This document shows, in pieces, positions 9,434 through 18,879 of a stretch of 64,000 nucleotides of DNA (position 1 is the stretch's first letter; every line of letters starts with the position of its first letter). This stretch comes from Dehalococcoidia bacterium (lineage in GTDB: Bacteria; Chloroflexota; Dehalococcoidia; Lucifugimonadales; UBA1123). Under the pieces are notes generated by a model, which did not search any database, was not told the DNA's origin, and was given only the letters and a program-made list of their open reading frames with translations. The stretch is taken from contig OY762210.1 of NCBI GenBank assembly GCA_963665255.1, forward strand, positions 2,280,293-2,344,292. The letters are read 5' to 3'. Both the position numbers and the translations under genes were made by a program.

Positions 9434-10695
9434 CTTTCGGCGACTTCGACTGCCAGTTCTTCAGCAAGGGCCCACTCCTCACTGGCGGTTGAGACCTCGC
9501 CGTCCATCCATGCGTTTCTCAATCGCTTGAGGATTCTGCCGACACTCGGTCCCCTTGGCACACCCATTTCTATAAGGGAATCGCCAGTCAGGTGAGGCCT
9601 GAGGCCCCTGTGTGAGCGCACGTACTGGGAGATTCTGCAACCGAGTTTGCCGCCCTTGGCCATACCAACGCCCAACACGGCTGACTCAGCCAGGGGATCG
9701 AGAACTCTGGCAAGACTGCTGTTAGAGAAACTCACGAGTTCAGTGGCCGATATGCGGCCAAGCGTGGCCGAGTCCTCAATCGACCTGCGCTCGGAAGCTC
9801 GCGGATTTAGCCTGACGATGAGCCCGTTGACGTCCGCCTCGGAAGTGCCGCAGGCCAGGATCGCATATCCAAGCGAGGTCCGGGCATGAGGCGGGAGCGC
9901 TGTCGCCCCGGCGGCGAATCGGTCCCAGTTGCTGGCATGGAATTCAAGGCAGGGATGTATGCTCCGCAGCACGGTCCACCCTGACAGCAGCTTGAAGGCG
10001 CCTGAAGGGTCCCTTTCTAGGAAAACGCGGTCCAGTTCATTTCGTAATCTGGCAGGCGAAACGCTGTACATGAATCTGACGGACTGCAACAGGGAGTCAA
10101 GCGTGTCGGGCGTCGGAGCGAGTTCGAGCCTGGATGAGTATCGGGCTGCCCTCAGAAGACGGGTGGGATCATCTCGAAAGCTATTTTCGTGCAGGACCCT
10201 GAGACGTCCTTGCTTCAGATCGGCGAGTCCATCGTGTAGGTCTATGAGGTCTCCCCAGGATTCTGAGCGCAGCGATACGGCCATCGCACTCACCGAAAAA
10301 TCTCGCCTGGAAAGATCTTCTTCCAACGTTCCCGGGCGAACAACAGGCAGACTTCCCGGCTTAGGATAGTCCTCTGCCCTCGCCATCGCGAGATCGATTT
10401 CGAGCGAATCAAGCTGGAACTTTGCTGTCCCGAACTGGGAACGGCTGGAAATCTGCCCGCCGGTAAGCTCAGCGATACGAGCGAACGTGGCATCGTCGGC
10501 GCCGACGAGCGCGATGTCGAGGTCAATGGTGGCCTGGTCGTCCGCCAAGGCATCGCGCACCGATCCCCCGACCAGGAACGGCACTGCACCGGCGGCTTCG
10601 GCCGCCGCACCGATGGCGCGCATTGCACGAACCGACTCCGCTGTCAGGCGCGACGTCAGCAGGTCGGCAACGTTGTCCACCACCCTATCTCCCAC
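9430..10695 (-). CDS. Class II tRNA nucleotidyltransferase (CCA- or A-adding type)
   Basis: VGGSVRD, DLDIA, FGTA, EDLSRRDFS, FRDDPTRLLRAARY. Confidence 0.88.
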   Translation of the reverse strand: MGDRVVDNVADLLTSRLTAESVRAMRAIGAAAEAAGAVPFLVGGSVRDALADDQATIDLDIALVGADDATFARIAELTGGQISSRSQFGTAKFQLDSLEIDLAMARAEDYPKPGSLPVVRPGTLEEDLSRRDFSVSAMAVSLRSESWGDLIDLHDGLADLKQGRLRVLHENSFRDDPTRLLRAARYSSRLELAPTPDTLDSLLQSVRFMYSVSPARLRNELDRVFLERDPSGAFKLLSGWTVLRSIHPCLEFHASNWDRFAAGATALPPHARTSLGYAILACGTSEADVNGLIVRLNPRASERRSIEDSATLGRISATELVSFSNSSLARVLDPLAESAVLGVGMAKGGKLGCRISQYVRSHRGLRPHLTGDSLIEMGVPRGPSVGRILKRLRNAWMDGEVSTASEEWALAEELAVEVAES

Positions 10696-10708
10696 AGGCG
10701 CCGGTCGA

Positions 10709-11467
10709 TTATGAAAGCGCGTTGGCTACCTTGGCCTGGAATGCTCGTCCGCCAGAGGCGACCCATGGCTGCCAACCGGTCATCATGAACTTGACACCCA
10801 TTTCGACGTAGGCCTCGACATTGTCGTCCGAAGCCAGCGAGCCAGGATTGCGGCCTGCCGAGGCGATCTTCTCGATTGCCCCTGCAATGGTGCCTGTTAC
10901 TTCAGGGTGGCTGAGCTGGCCTATCAGACCCATGGACTGCGCAAGGTCGCTCGGGGCGACGAAGAATACGTCGATGTTATCGACCGTCAGGATCTCGTCC
11001 AGGTTATTCACGGCCACTATGTCCTCGATCAGGACAACTAACAGACTTTGATCGTTGGCCTCGGCAAAGTAGTTGTCAACGCCGTAGCTCTGACGACTTC
11101 CGAACATGCCTCGCTCGCCGATCGGGGCGAACTTACCCGCACTTACGACTGCCTCGGCCTCGGCTTTGTTGTTCACGTGAGGAACTACTATCCCCTGCGC
11201 GCCAACATCGAGGGTCCGGTAAATCACACCCGGGACGTTCTGGTTGACCCTTACCACCGAGGTCATTCCCCAGAGGTCAGCCGCCCTGGTGAGGTCCGGG
11301 ATGTCCTTGTAGTCGACCGGCCCGTGCTCTGTCTCTATCCAGACGCCGTCGAAACCAAGCGGACCGAGAGAGTCCACAATATCCGGCGTCATGTGCCCTG
11401 ACAGCACGACGGACACTTCACCACTGTTCAACTTTGCCTTGACTCTGTTCTCACGCATGGACGCCAA
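10709..11467 (-). CDS. HpcH/HpaI aldolase-family protein
   Basis: WIETEHG, LDVGAQGIVVPHV, P.GERG, LIED, APSDLAQS; probable TTG start after AAGGGG. Confidence 0.88.
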   Translation of the reverse strand: MASMRENRVKAKLNSGEVSVVLSGHMTPDIVDSLGPLGFDGVWIETEHGPVDYKDIPDLTRAADLWGMTSVVRVNQNVPGVIYRTLDVGAQGIVVPHVNNKAEAEAVVSAGKFAPIGERGMFGSRQSYGVDNYFAEANDQSLLVVLIEDIVAVNNLDEILTVDNIDVFFVAPSDLAQSMGLIGQLSHPEVTGTIAGAIEKIASAGRNPGSLASDDNVEAYVEMGVKFMMTGWQPWVASGGRAFQAKVANALS

Positions 11468-11608
11468 TTGGACACCCCTTTTCGATTCTGGCCTGGAACC
11501 TCGGCCACACCGAGGCAGCGCCATTATAGGTTTGGGCTATTTCATGGTCAAACGATGTGTCTGGGGTATAATTCAGGCCGATAGAAGCTGTCACAGGTCG
11601 GACTTCAT

Positions 11609-12100
11609 ATGCCGTCAGACAACACATACTGCCACCGTTGCGGTGAGATTCTAGGCGAGGAGCGCATAGCAGGAGCGCTCAGGCCTAATTGCGGTTCGTG
11701 CGGAGCGGTCGTATTTCTCGACCCCAAGCTTGCAGTGGTCGTGGTCGCGTCCCAGGGGTCACGGATACTGATGGTGAAGCGGGACATCGAGCCCATGATG
11801 GGGCGCTGGAGTTTCCCCTCTGGATACGTCGACCGTGGTGAGGTGGTTGAAGATGCGGCGGTCCGTGAGGTCCGTGAGGAGACAAACGTGGAAGTCTCCC
11901 TCGATGGACTTCTCGGCGTCTACTCTCGTAAGGGAGCTCCGGTAGTGCTGGTAGCATTCGCAGCCAGTATAGTTGGCGGCAGCCTAAGCGCCGGTGACGA
12001 GGCCCAGGCAGTCCAGATGTTTGCTGCCGACGACCTGCCGCCCCTGCCCTTCCCGAATGACCCTGAGATCATCGCAGACTGGCGACGGCACATCGCCTAG
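11609..12100 (+). CDS. NUDIX hydrolase with N-terminal zinc ribbon
   Basis: CHRCG...CGSCG and Nudix box GYVDRGEVVEDAAVREVREET. Confidence 0.9.
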   Translation: MPSDNTYCHRCGEILGEERIAGALRPNCGSCGAVVFLDPKLAVVVVASQGSRILMVKRDIEPMMGRWSFPSGYVDRGEVVEDAAVREVREETNVEVSLDGLLGVYSRKGAPVVLVAFAASIVGGSLSAGDEAQAVQMFAADDLPPLPFPNDPEIIADWRRHIA

Positions 12101-12780
12101 ATCCCAAGCATCGGACGCACGTCCCATACGTTGTCCACAATGTGATCCGGCCTGTATGAGTCGATCATCCACGATCGTCCATGACTCATCCATGCAGTCC
12201 GCATCCCTATTCCGCTGGCGCCGCCGATGTCCGCAACTGTGTTGTCTCCGACAAACAGGGTCTCCGAAGAGTTGGCCCCAATGAGACTTAAAGCATGATT
12301 GAAGATTCCAGGGTCCGGTTTGTTCGCGCCAAACTCCTCCGATACGACCACTGCTCTAACCAGGTCTGCCACACCTGCGTTCCGGACCTTAGCCCACTGC
12401 ATTTCGGTGGGCCCATTTGTGACAACGCCCACTGGAACTCCGGCGACCTTCAGGTCACGCAACATGGCTTCTGTTCTCCTGTCGACAGAGACGCAGTCTG
12501 GCACCGCAACACTATGGGCTTCGAGTGCTGCCTCCACACTCTGGAAACATCCGGGCCAGGTCTCCAGCATCCTGACGTAGAAATCCCACAGGCTCAGCTG
12601 CTCCGAGTTGGTAACCTGAAGTCCGGCTATGAACTCCTCTACTGTTGGAGGTCGGTTCTCCCGGGGCCGGGTAGTGTACCAGTGCTCGCTCACCCTGGTG
12701 AGTGCTTCCCTTGTATCGATGAGCGTGTCATCGAAATCGAACAGGACTGCCCTATACGGCCGGATATTCCCTGGTTTCAC
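12097..12780 (-). CDS. HAD-superfamily hydrolase
   Basis: FDFDDTL, VTNG, KPDP, VGDNTVADI; GAGGA RBS before GTG at 12780. Confidence 0.9.
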   Translation of the reverse strand: MKPGNIRPYRAVLFDFDDTLIDTREALTRVSEHWYTTRPRENRPPTVEEFIAGLQVTNSEQLSLWDFYVRMLETWPGCFQSVEAALEAHSVAVPDCVSVDRRTEAMLRDLKVAGVPVGVVTNGPTEMQWAKVRNAGVADLVRAVVVSEEFGANKPDPGIFNHALSLIGANSSETLFVGDNTVADIGGASGIGMRTAWMSHGRSWMIDSYRPDHIVDNVWDVRPMLGI

Positions 12781-12790
12781 AGATATCCTC

Positions 12791-14044
12791 TCATGATGAA
12801 ACGGCCCTGGTCTGGTGCCGCACTCCGTACAGCGTAACCACGGCCGGAATCGAGAGTAAAGCAACAGCAGTAAACCCGACCTGCCACTGCATATCGTCAG
12901 GCACGAGGTCAAGAACGGCCCCTATGAATATGGGGCCAACAACGCCCCCCATAAACCCCAGAAACGCCTGTACTGCCATGGTCGAACCGAGCAGGCCGGC
13001 AGGGGCTGACTCCGTTATGGCCGTTGTGTAAATTGACGAGTCCGCCGAGATTGCCCATCCTAGAAAACACGACACCGCAACAACCAGGGGCCAGGGGGCA
13101 GCGTACATCCACCCTATGGCAAGGCAGAGCAGTCCGCTCAAAGCGAAGATCCCCGCGGCACTCTTGACTCGGCCCAACCTGTCTGAGATGGCGCCTCCTG
13201 CTACGGGACCAAGTCCCCCGGCGGCGAGGGCGATACCACCGATCGTCGCGGCTGTAATGGCAGCCGTGGACACGTCTCCTCCCCTTCCAACCAGGATCGC
13301 TGCAAGCAGTGCGGGAAGCCACACGCGCACTGCATACAGTTCCATCGCGTGGAGCGAGTAGCCGATTATGTATGCAGTTGTGATGCGATTTCGGAGCACA
13401 TCGAGTCGCAGCCTCCCGGAGCTCTGTGACGACTGTGGAGCGGTCCTGTCCCGGACGAGGACCAGTGCCAGCGGCACACTGAGCGCAGCCAAGGCTGACA
13501 GCACCAGATAGGCGTCGCGCCAGTCCATGCTGTTCATCAGGACTCCGGTCAGAGCGAGGGAAACTGCATTGGCGCTGTAGAACGCCGTAACGTACAGTCC
13601 CATCGCGGCTCCCCGATTCTTCGGCGAGAACGTGGCCGAGATTATCCGGAGCCCGGGCATGTAGATCCCCACCAGCCCCACTCCTGCGGCCAACCTCAAT
13701 ACGCAGGCCATAACCACGTCGTAGGCGACCAGGGGGAAGAGCATATTCCCCACAACGGAAACGACAGCAGATGTAAGAAATACCCACCGTGTGGGAAGCC
13801 TGTCCGTCAGAGGAAGAACAAGCAACGCGGCAATCGCATAGCCAGCCAGGTAGCAGGAGAAGACCAGGCCTGCTGTGGTGTTGCTGATCCCCCACTCAGA
13901 TTTGATGAATGGAAGTGCGGCAACGTAGCTCGAAAACGTGGACAGTGCCAGGAGTAGAGTCAGGCACATCGCCAGAAGCCAGGCCACCCTCCGTAGAGGC
14001 GACCCAGCTTCCAATGTGGAACTTCCTTGACTTGGCGACAGCAT
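12791..14044 (-). CDS. MFS transporter
   Basis: About 12 TM segments, LTDRL and GAISDRLGR motifs; the start may instead be TTG at 14014. Confidence 0.87.
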   Translation of the reverse strand: MLSPSQGSSTLEAGSPLRRVAWLLAMCLTLLLALSTFSSYVAALPFIKSEWGISNTTAGLVFSCYLAGYAIAALLVLPLTDRLPTRWVFLTSAVVSVVGNMLFPLVAYDVVMACVLRLAAGVGLVGIYMPGLRIISATFSPKNRGAAMGLYVTAFYSANAVSLALTGVLMNSMDWRDAYLVLSALAALSVPLALVLVRDRTAPQSSQSSGRLRLDVLRNRITTAYIIGYSLHAMELYAVRVWLPALLAAILVGRGGDVSTAAITAATIGGIALAAGGLGPVAGGAISDRLGRVKSAAGIFALSGLLCLAIGWMYAAPWPLVVAVSCFLGWAISADSSIYTTAITESAPAGLLGSTMAVQAFLGFMGGVVGPIFIGAVLDLVPDDMQWQVGFTAVALLSIPAVVTLYGVRHQTRAVSS

Positions 14045-14122
14045 ATTTCGGGAGTCAGGATACAGTGATTACAGACAGTGCGTAGCCCGTGTGTTACCTG
14101 ACTCAAGACCCGGGCTGGGCGC

Positions 14123-14809
14123 TCAGGGCAACGAGGCCAGTATCTGCCTCGCAGCCGATACCAACCTCGGCTCGTCCGTAAGCTCAATGACCTGGAGTAG
14201 ATCTGCTTCCGCCCGTCCAAGGTCACCAGTCATCAGATACACCTGGCCTCTAACGAGGAACAGCTCTGCGTTTTCCGGCTCCAGTCTTCCCGCAGCGCTG
14301 AGATCATCCACCGCGGACTCCGCGTCTCCAATCTCCAGGTACACACTGGCGCGCCTAATGTGTGCGTCAGACATGGTCGGCTCAAGCTCGATGGCACGCG
14401 TAAACTCGAGAATCGCCTCATCATGGTTATCGATCACATCGTAGATCAACCCTCGATGCAATGAGGTCAATGGGAGGTCGGGATCGAGTTTCTCGGCAAG
14501 TCGCAGATCAGCAGCGGCGCTTGTAAGGTCGTCCATCACGATGTAGAGGTAAGCTCGTCTGACGTACGCCTCGGCATTCCTGGGATCGGCTTCGATCGCC
14601 GCATTGTACGCTCCGAATGCCTGCTCGATGTGACCGTCCTCCTGCAGTTCAATTCCGCGCCTGAGGTCGGCGTTCTCGGGGATACCACCTTCAGAGCCGC
14701 CACAAGCGAGACCGGCTGCAAAGATCAACACAACGCAGAGCCACAGAAGTATCTGCAGCGCGAACATTTCAATAGCGGGCCGCTCTATCGTGTAGTGTTC
14801 CGGTTTCAA
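14123..14809 (-). CDS. TPR-repeat protein, probable lipoprotein
   Basis: Hydrophobic stretch ending GLAC (lipobox-like), followed by repeated AI..DP/EP TPR units. Confidence 0.8.
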   Translation of the reverse strand: MKPEHYTIERPAIEMFALQILLWLCVVLIFAAGLACGGSEGGIPENADLRRGIELQEDGHIEQAFGAYNAAIEADPRNAEAYVRRAYLYIVMDDLTSAAADLRLAEKLDPDLPLTSLHRGLIYDVIDNHDEAILEFTRAIELEPTMSDAHIRRASVYLEIGDAESAVDDLSAAGRLEPENAELFLVRGQVYLMTGDLGRAEADLLQVIELTDEPRLVSAARQILASLP

Positions 14810-15300
14810 CGGTCGGACCCTGGCTGAACCAATCCAGCATTGTCTGAATCACCACCCTGCTTCCACGAAGTCATATCACCCCAGGATGTGACTCGTCTGG
14901 GCCTGAGCCTGATTACAGTGGCCTCATCAGAGAGCAGAGTGCGGTACTGGTCATACTTGTTCCTCAAGGCATCAATTGCGTTGGCCCTCTCGCAATTGTC
15001 AGACACGAGACTGGCATCTGCAGTTATGAGTACGTAGCCCAGTCGGCTCCAGTCTTCAGAGTACCGGTCGACGATGAATGCCGTCTGCGGGTTGGAGACG
15101 ATGTTCCGAACACGTCGAAGCTTCAGCACGTCCACGGTCTTCGGCTTGGCGTCCAGACCAATGTAGACTGAATCACCCAGCAACTCGAAACAGACTGGAA
15201 TTACATGAGGCAGGCCTTCAGGAGTGGCAGTCGATAGCCGCCCTACCCTCGCGCTCGCAACGAACCGTCGAGCGTCGCCCGCAAGCACCTGACAGCTCAC
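14806..15300 (-). CDS. PPOX-class, probably F420-dependent, oxidoreductase (Rv0121-like)
   Basis: RVGRLST, PHVIPVCF, D.KPK, LRRVRNI..NP, VDRYSEDWSRL. Confidence 0.82.
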   Translation of the reverse strand: MSCQVLAGDARRFVASARVGRLSTATPEGLPHVIPVCFELLGDSVYIGLDAKPKTVDVLKLRRVRNIVSNPQTAFIVDRYSEDWSRLGYVLITADASLVSDNCERANAIDALRNKYDQYRTLLSDEATVIRLRPRRVTSWGDMTSWKQGGDSDNAGLVQPGSDR

Positions 15301-15306
15301 GTCAGA

Positions 15307-16110
15307 TCACGCCGGCTGCCAGACGCGCCTGTCCCCAGACCTGACAAATCTCCCGTATCCAGGCTCCGGGAAGTGTCCCGAGGCGACCAGGGTGCCGTCG
15401 CTCTCAAGCCTGTCCAGGACGAAGTGACGAGTCTCCCGGGCGAGGTCGGGGTCGGTATCGAATCCAGGACTCCAGTCCGTGTACTGCGCCTGGGCAGGAC
15501 TGTGCGCCACGTCCCCTAGTATGAACGCGCTCTCACCTGCTGACGTGATCACGAGTGATATGTGACCAGGCGTGTGGCCGGGCGTCGGCAGAGTCTTGAC
15601 CTCGTCTGTCACGTTGTACTCGCCGTCGATCAGGTCGAGAACATTCAGGCCTTCCAGTGGAATCATCTGGGCATCCACATGTGGGGCTTGCTCGCGCATT
15701 TCGGGCTGCGTCCAGTGGTCCCAGTCTACTTGTGTGACGATGTACCTGGCATTTGGAAACGTAGGACTACCGTCCGACATATTCCATCCCACATGATCAG
15801 GATGTATGTGGGTCAGGACAACGAGGTCGACCGCATCCCTGTCCACGCCGCTCTCGCTGAGCTGGGTTAGCAGCGTGCCATCCGGGCCTCCGAGGCCCGT
15901 GTCAACCAGCACCAGCTTGCCGCCCGAGTTGAATGCGAACGACCCGAACCTTGGATGAATCAGGCCCGCATCGTCCAGGAGGTCGCCGTACTCGGACCTC
16001 CAGATGTCCATCTCGCTCGCCGGGAAGACGTCCGTGGGCACCATGTCGCCCTGCCCGTCTGAGACCGACACAATCTCGATATTGCCTACTGTGACCTTCG
16101 CACCTGCCAC
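15307..16110 (-). CDS. MBL-fold metallo-hydrolase (lactonase/MPH-like)
   Basis: VDTG, THIHPDHVG, GHTPGH, GDVAH, GHF. Confidence 0.9.
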   Translation of the reverse strand: MAGAKVTVGNIEIVSVSDGQGDMVPTDVFPASEMDIWRSEYGDLLDDAGLIHPRFGSFAFNSGGKLVLVDTGLGGPDGTLLTQLSESGVDRDAVDLVVLTHIHPDHVGWNMSDGSPTFPNARYIVTQVDWDHWTQPEMREQAPHVDAQMIPLEGLNVLDLIDGEYNVTDEVKTLPTPGHTPGHISLVITSAGESAFILGDVAHSPAQAQYTDWSPGFDTDPDLARETRHFVLDRLESDGTLVASGHFPEPGYGRFVRSGDRRVWQPA

Positions 16111-16203
16111 GATTCTCCTCCCTAACGCGGAATGTGGATGAAGTCAGAACTTTCGCAGCGCGTATTCTATATGTCGTCATAAAGAGGGGCAAACGCAGCC
16201 AGC

Positions 16204-16231
16204 TTGACACCCCAATCTGCGCAGATATGAT
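16204..16231 (+). promoter_or_regulatory. Sigma70-like promoter for the cyclic amidohydrolase gene
   Basis: TTGACA-N16-TATGAT upstream of the GGAGG RBS. Confidence 0.55.
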
Positions 16232-16263
16232 AGCGAGCGAGACCAACAGGGAGGATGTGACCC

Positions 16264-17694
16264 ATGGCAGGCAGAGGAGCTGACTACATGATCCGGGGCG
16301 GCCTCGTCGTCCGTGGAAGCGGCATCATGCGCGAGGACATTGTCGTCGCGGACGGCAAGATCGTCGAAAACGACGGAAGCTATTCCGATCCCGATATAGG
16401 GAGAATCATCGATGCCTCAGGGCAGTTCGTACTCCCCGGGATTGTCGACGCGCACAACCACCCGGTCAACGCCGACCGTATCGAGACATTCTCGCTGAGC
16501 GCAGCACACGGGGGCGTGACGACGGTCGTTCCATTCATTCAGAACATGCGTCGACAGGGCATCGAGGGCACCGTCGTCGACATGATTGACGAGTTCATGG
16601 ACGAGGCAGCGGCGGACTCGTACCTCGACTACGCCATCCACGCGATCCTGCTTGGAGACGACGACGTTGAAGACCAGGTGCCGCAGCTTATGGATATGGG
16701 CGTCATCTCGTTCAAGATGTACATGACCTACCCCAGGCGCGGCATGATGATGCCCGACGACCGGATGCTCAGGGCGATGGAGATGGCTGCAGCGGACGGT
16801 GGGATCGCGATGGTCCATGCGGAGAACGGCTACTGCATCGATCACCTCGTTGAGCGGTCGATCGACGCCGGGCACGTTGGCCGGGAACACTACGCGCCTT
16901 CACAGCCCAGGATACTTGAGATCGAGGCCGCAAACCGCGCGGCGACCTACGCCAAGGTAACCGGCTGTCCCCTGTACATCGTCCACCTGTCAGCCCGCGA
17001 GATCCTGAGCGTCCTGGAAGAGTTCCGAGGCGAGGATATGCACCTCTTCGGTGAGACGTGTCCCCAGTACCTCGACCTCACGAACCAGGCCATGCTCGAC
17101 CACGGATCACTTGCCAAGATTGGCCCTCCCCTCAGGGAACGAGAAGACAACGAGGCGATGTGGCGTGGGCTGGACTCACACCTCATCGACACCATAGCGA
17201 GCGACTTCTGCGGCTTCATGAAGTCGCAGAAGGGCTCGTACGACACAGAGGCCGACCCTGACGCAGAGGGTTCCATCTTCGACGCCACGTTCGGCGGGAA
17301 CTGGGTGGAGCAGATGCTGTGTGTCGTCTACCAGGAGGGAGTAAACGCGGGCAGGATTACCCTCCCACGTCTGGTGCAGGTCATGTGCGAGAACCCCGCC
17401 AAGATCTTCGGACTGTATCCGCAGAAAGGGTCGCTTGATCCGGGCGCAGACGCCGACATCGTGCTATTCGACCCGACCGTAGAACACACTCTCAGCGCTG
17501 AGTCCCAGCACTGCAACGCCGACTTCACGATGTTCGAAGGCAAGCAGATAACGGGCAAGCCGGTGCTGACGATGCAGCGAGGTGAGATTCTGGTTGAGAA
17601 CGGTGTAATGCAGCGTCCCAAGGGCCGCGCGAGGTATCTACCCGGAAACAGGGAGTTGACCGCCTACGCTGAGTCCGGCTACGGCGTTTCATAA
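16264..17694 (+). CDS. Dihydropyrimidinase/hydantoinase-like cyclic amidohydrolase
   Basis: DAHNH, SFKMYM (carbamylated Lys), HAEN, VHLS, ETCPQYL, NPAKIFGL, GADADIV. Confidence 0.88.
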   Translation: MAGRGADYMIRGGLVVRGSGIMREDIVVADGKIVENDGSYSDPDIGRIIDASGQFVLPGIVDAHNHPVNADRIETFSLSAAHGGVTTVVPFIQNMRRQGIEGTVVDMIDEFMDEAAADSYLDYAIHAILLGDDDVEDQVPQLMDMGVISFKMYMTYPRRGMMMPDDRMLRAMEMAAADGGIAMVHAENGYCIDHLVERSIDAGHVGREHYAPSQPRILEIEAANRAATYAKVTGCPLYIVHLSAREILSVLEEFRGEDMHLFGETCPQYLDLTNQAMLDHGSLAKIGPPLREREDNEAMWRGLDSHLIDTIASDFCGFMKSQKGSYDTEADPDAEGSIFDATFGGNWVEQMLCVVYQEGVNAGRITLPRLVQVMCENPAKIFGLYPQKGSLDPGADADIVLFDPTVEHTLSAESQHCNADFTMFEGKQITGKPVLTMQRGEILVENGVMQRPKGRARYLPGNRELTAYAESGYGVS

Positions 17695-17726
17695 GACCCT
17701 TCGCAGCCGGGCATAAACAGAGGTTA

Positions 17727-17735
17727 TGCTATACT
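17727..17735 (+). promoter_or_regulatory. Extended -10 promoter for selD-argS
   Basis: TGcTATACT upstream of the GGGAGG RBS. Confidence 0.5.
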
Positions 17736-17776
17736 TACGTGGCTTCTCCAGCACGTCTAATTAGGGAGGAATTCAC

Positions 17777-18838
17777 GTGGTTGACACCAGCGAACAGATC
17801 AGATTGACGAGCCTTGCCAGCTGTGCGGGTTGAGCCTCTAAATTCAGCCCAGAGGATCTGGGCCAAATCCTGAGTCAGCTCCCACCCGTCTCGGACGAGA
17901 ACCTGCTCGTCGGAGTGAACACCGGCGACGATGCCGCTGTGTATCGGATGAGCGACGACACCGCTCTCATTCAGACAGTGGACTTCTTCCCGCCGATTGT
18001 GGACGACCCCTACGCATTCGGGCAGATTGCGGTCGCCAACGCGCTCAGTGACGTCTACGCCATGGGCGGTGAGCCCCTCATCGCATTGAACATAGTTGGA
18101 TTCCCTGTTGCCCTGCCCAAGGACATACTTGGGTCGATTCTCATCGGTGGCGCGCACAAGGCACAGGAGGCCGGCGTGCTGATAGTCGGTGGGCACACCG
18201 TAGACGATGAAGAGCCCAAGTACGGCCTATCCGTAACTGGAGTTGTGAAGCCTGGTGACGAGGTCACGAACGCAGGGGCGCAGCCCGGCGACAAGCTTGT
18301 TCTCACCAAGCCTATCGGCACTGGAATCATAACAACGGCAGGCAAGCAGGGTGTGGCTGGCCACGACATCATAGCGTCCGCAGTCGAGATTATGAGCACC
18401 CTCAACCGGGATGCTGCCCACGCCATGACTTCAGTCGGAGTAAACGGCTGCGTCGACGTGACTGGGTTCGGTCTGCTGGGTCACCTGCGCGGAATGACGC
18501 GTGCCAGTGGCGTTTCGGCTACCGTCGAGCTCGGCGCAATCCCCTTCATCCCCGGAGCCCAGGCTCTGGCGGAAGAGGGAGTTGCCCCTGGCGGTACTCA
18601 CCGGAACCTCGAGTCGCTCGAGCCTGACGTCACATGGGACGACTCAGTTACTGACATCCAGAAGCTGCTTCTAGCTGACGCTCAGACATCCGGTGGGCTG
18701 CTAATCTCAGTCCCTGACGACTCCACGGGCGCGCTCATCGAAGCCCTGGAGCACCACGGTGTTCAGACGCATGCGGTAATCGGTACGATAGGTGCATCGG
18801 GCCAAAACGGCGGCCCTACGATTCACGTATCCGCCTGA
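17777..18838 (+). CDS. selD: Selenide, water dikinase; selenocysteine-containing (UGA at 17831-17833)
   Basis: GGGAGG RBS and GTG at 17777 give MVDTSEQIRLTSLASCAG-U-ASKFSPEDL, in frame with the ORF at 17915 (DDAAV, TVDFFPPIVDDP, SDVYAMGG, GGHT, DVTGFGLLGH, DAQTSGGLL). Confidence 0.95.
17847..17863 (+). promoter_or_regulatory. Putative bacterial SECIS hairpin of selD
   Basis: GCCCAGA-GGA-TCTGGGC, a perfect 7-bp stem with a G-containing loop, starting 13 nt after the UGA. Confidence 0.7.
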
Positions 18839-18879
18839 GGATTGACTCACTAAGTCCCAATCAGACTGGTTTCTAACTC

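Noticed and set aside
17831-17833. selD as a pseudogene with a nonsense mutation
   Set aside because: The UGA sits exactly at the catalytic Cys/Sec site, with a SECIS-like hairpin downstream and selA nearby
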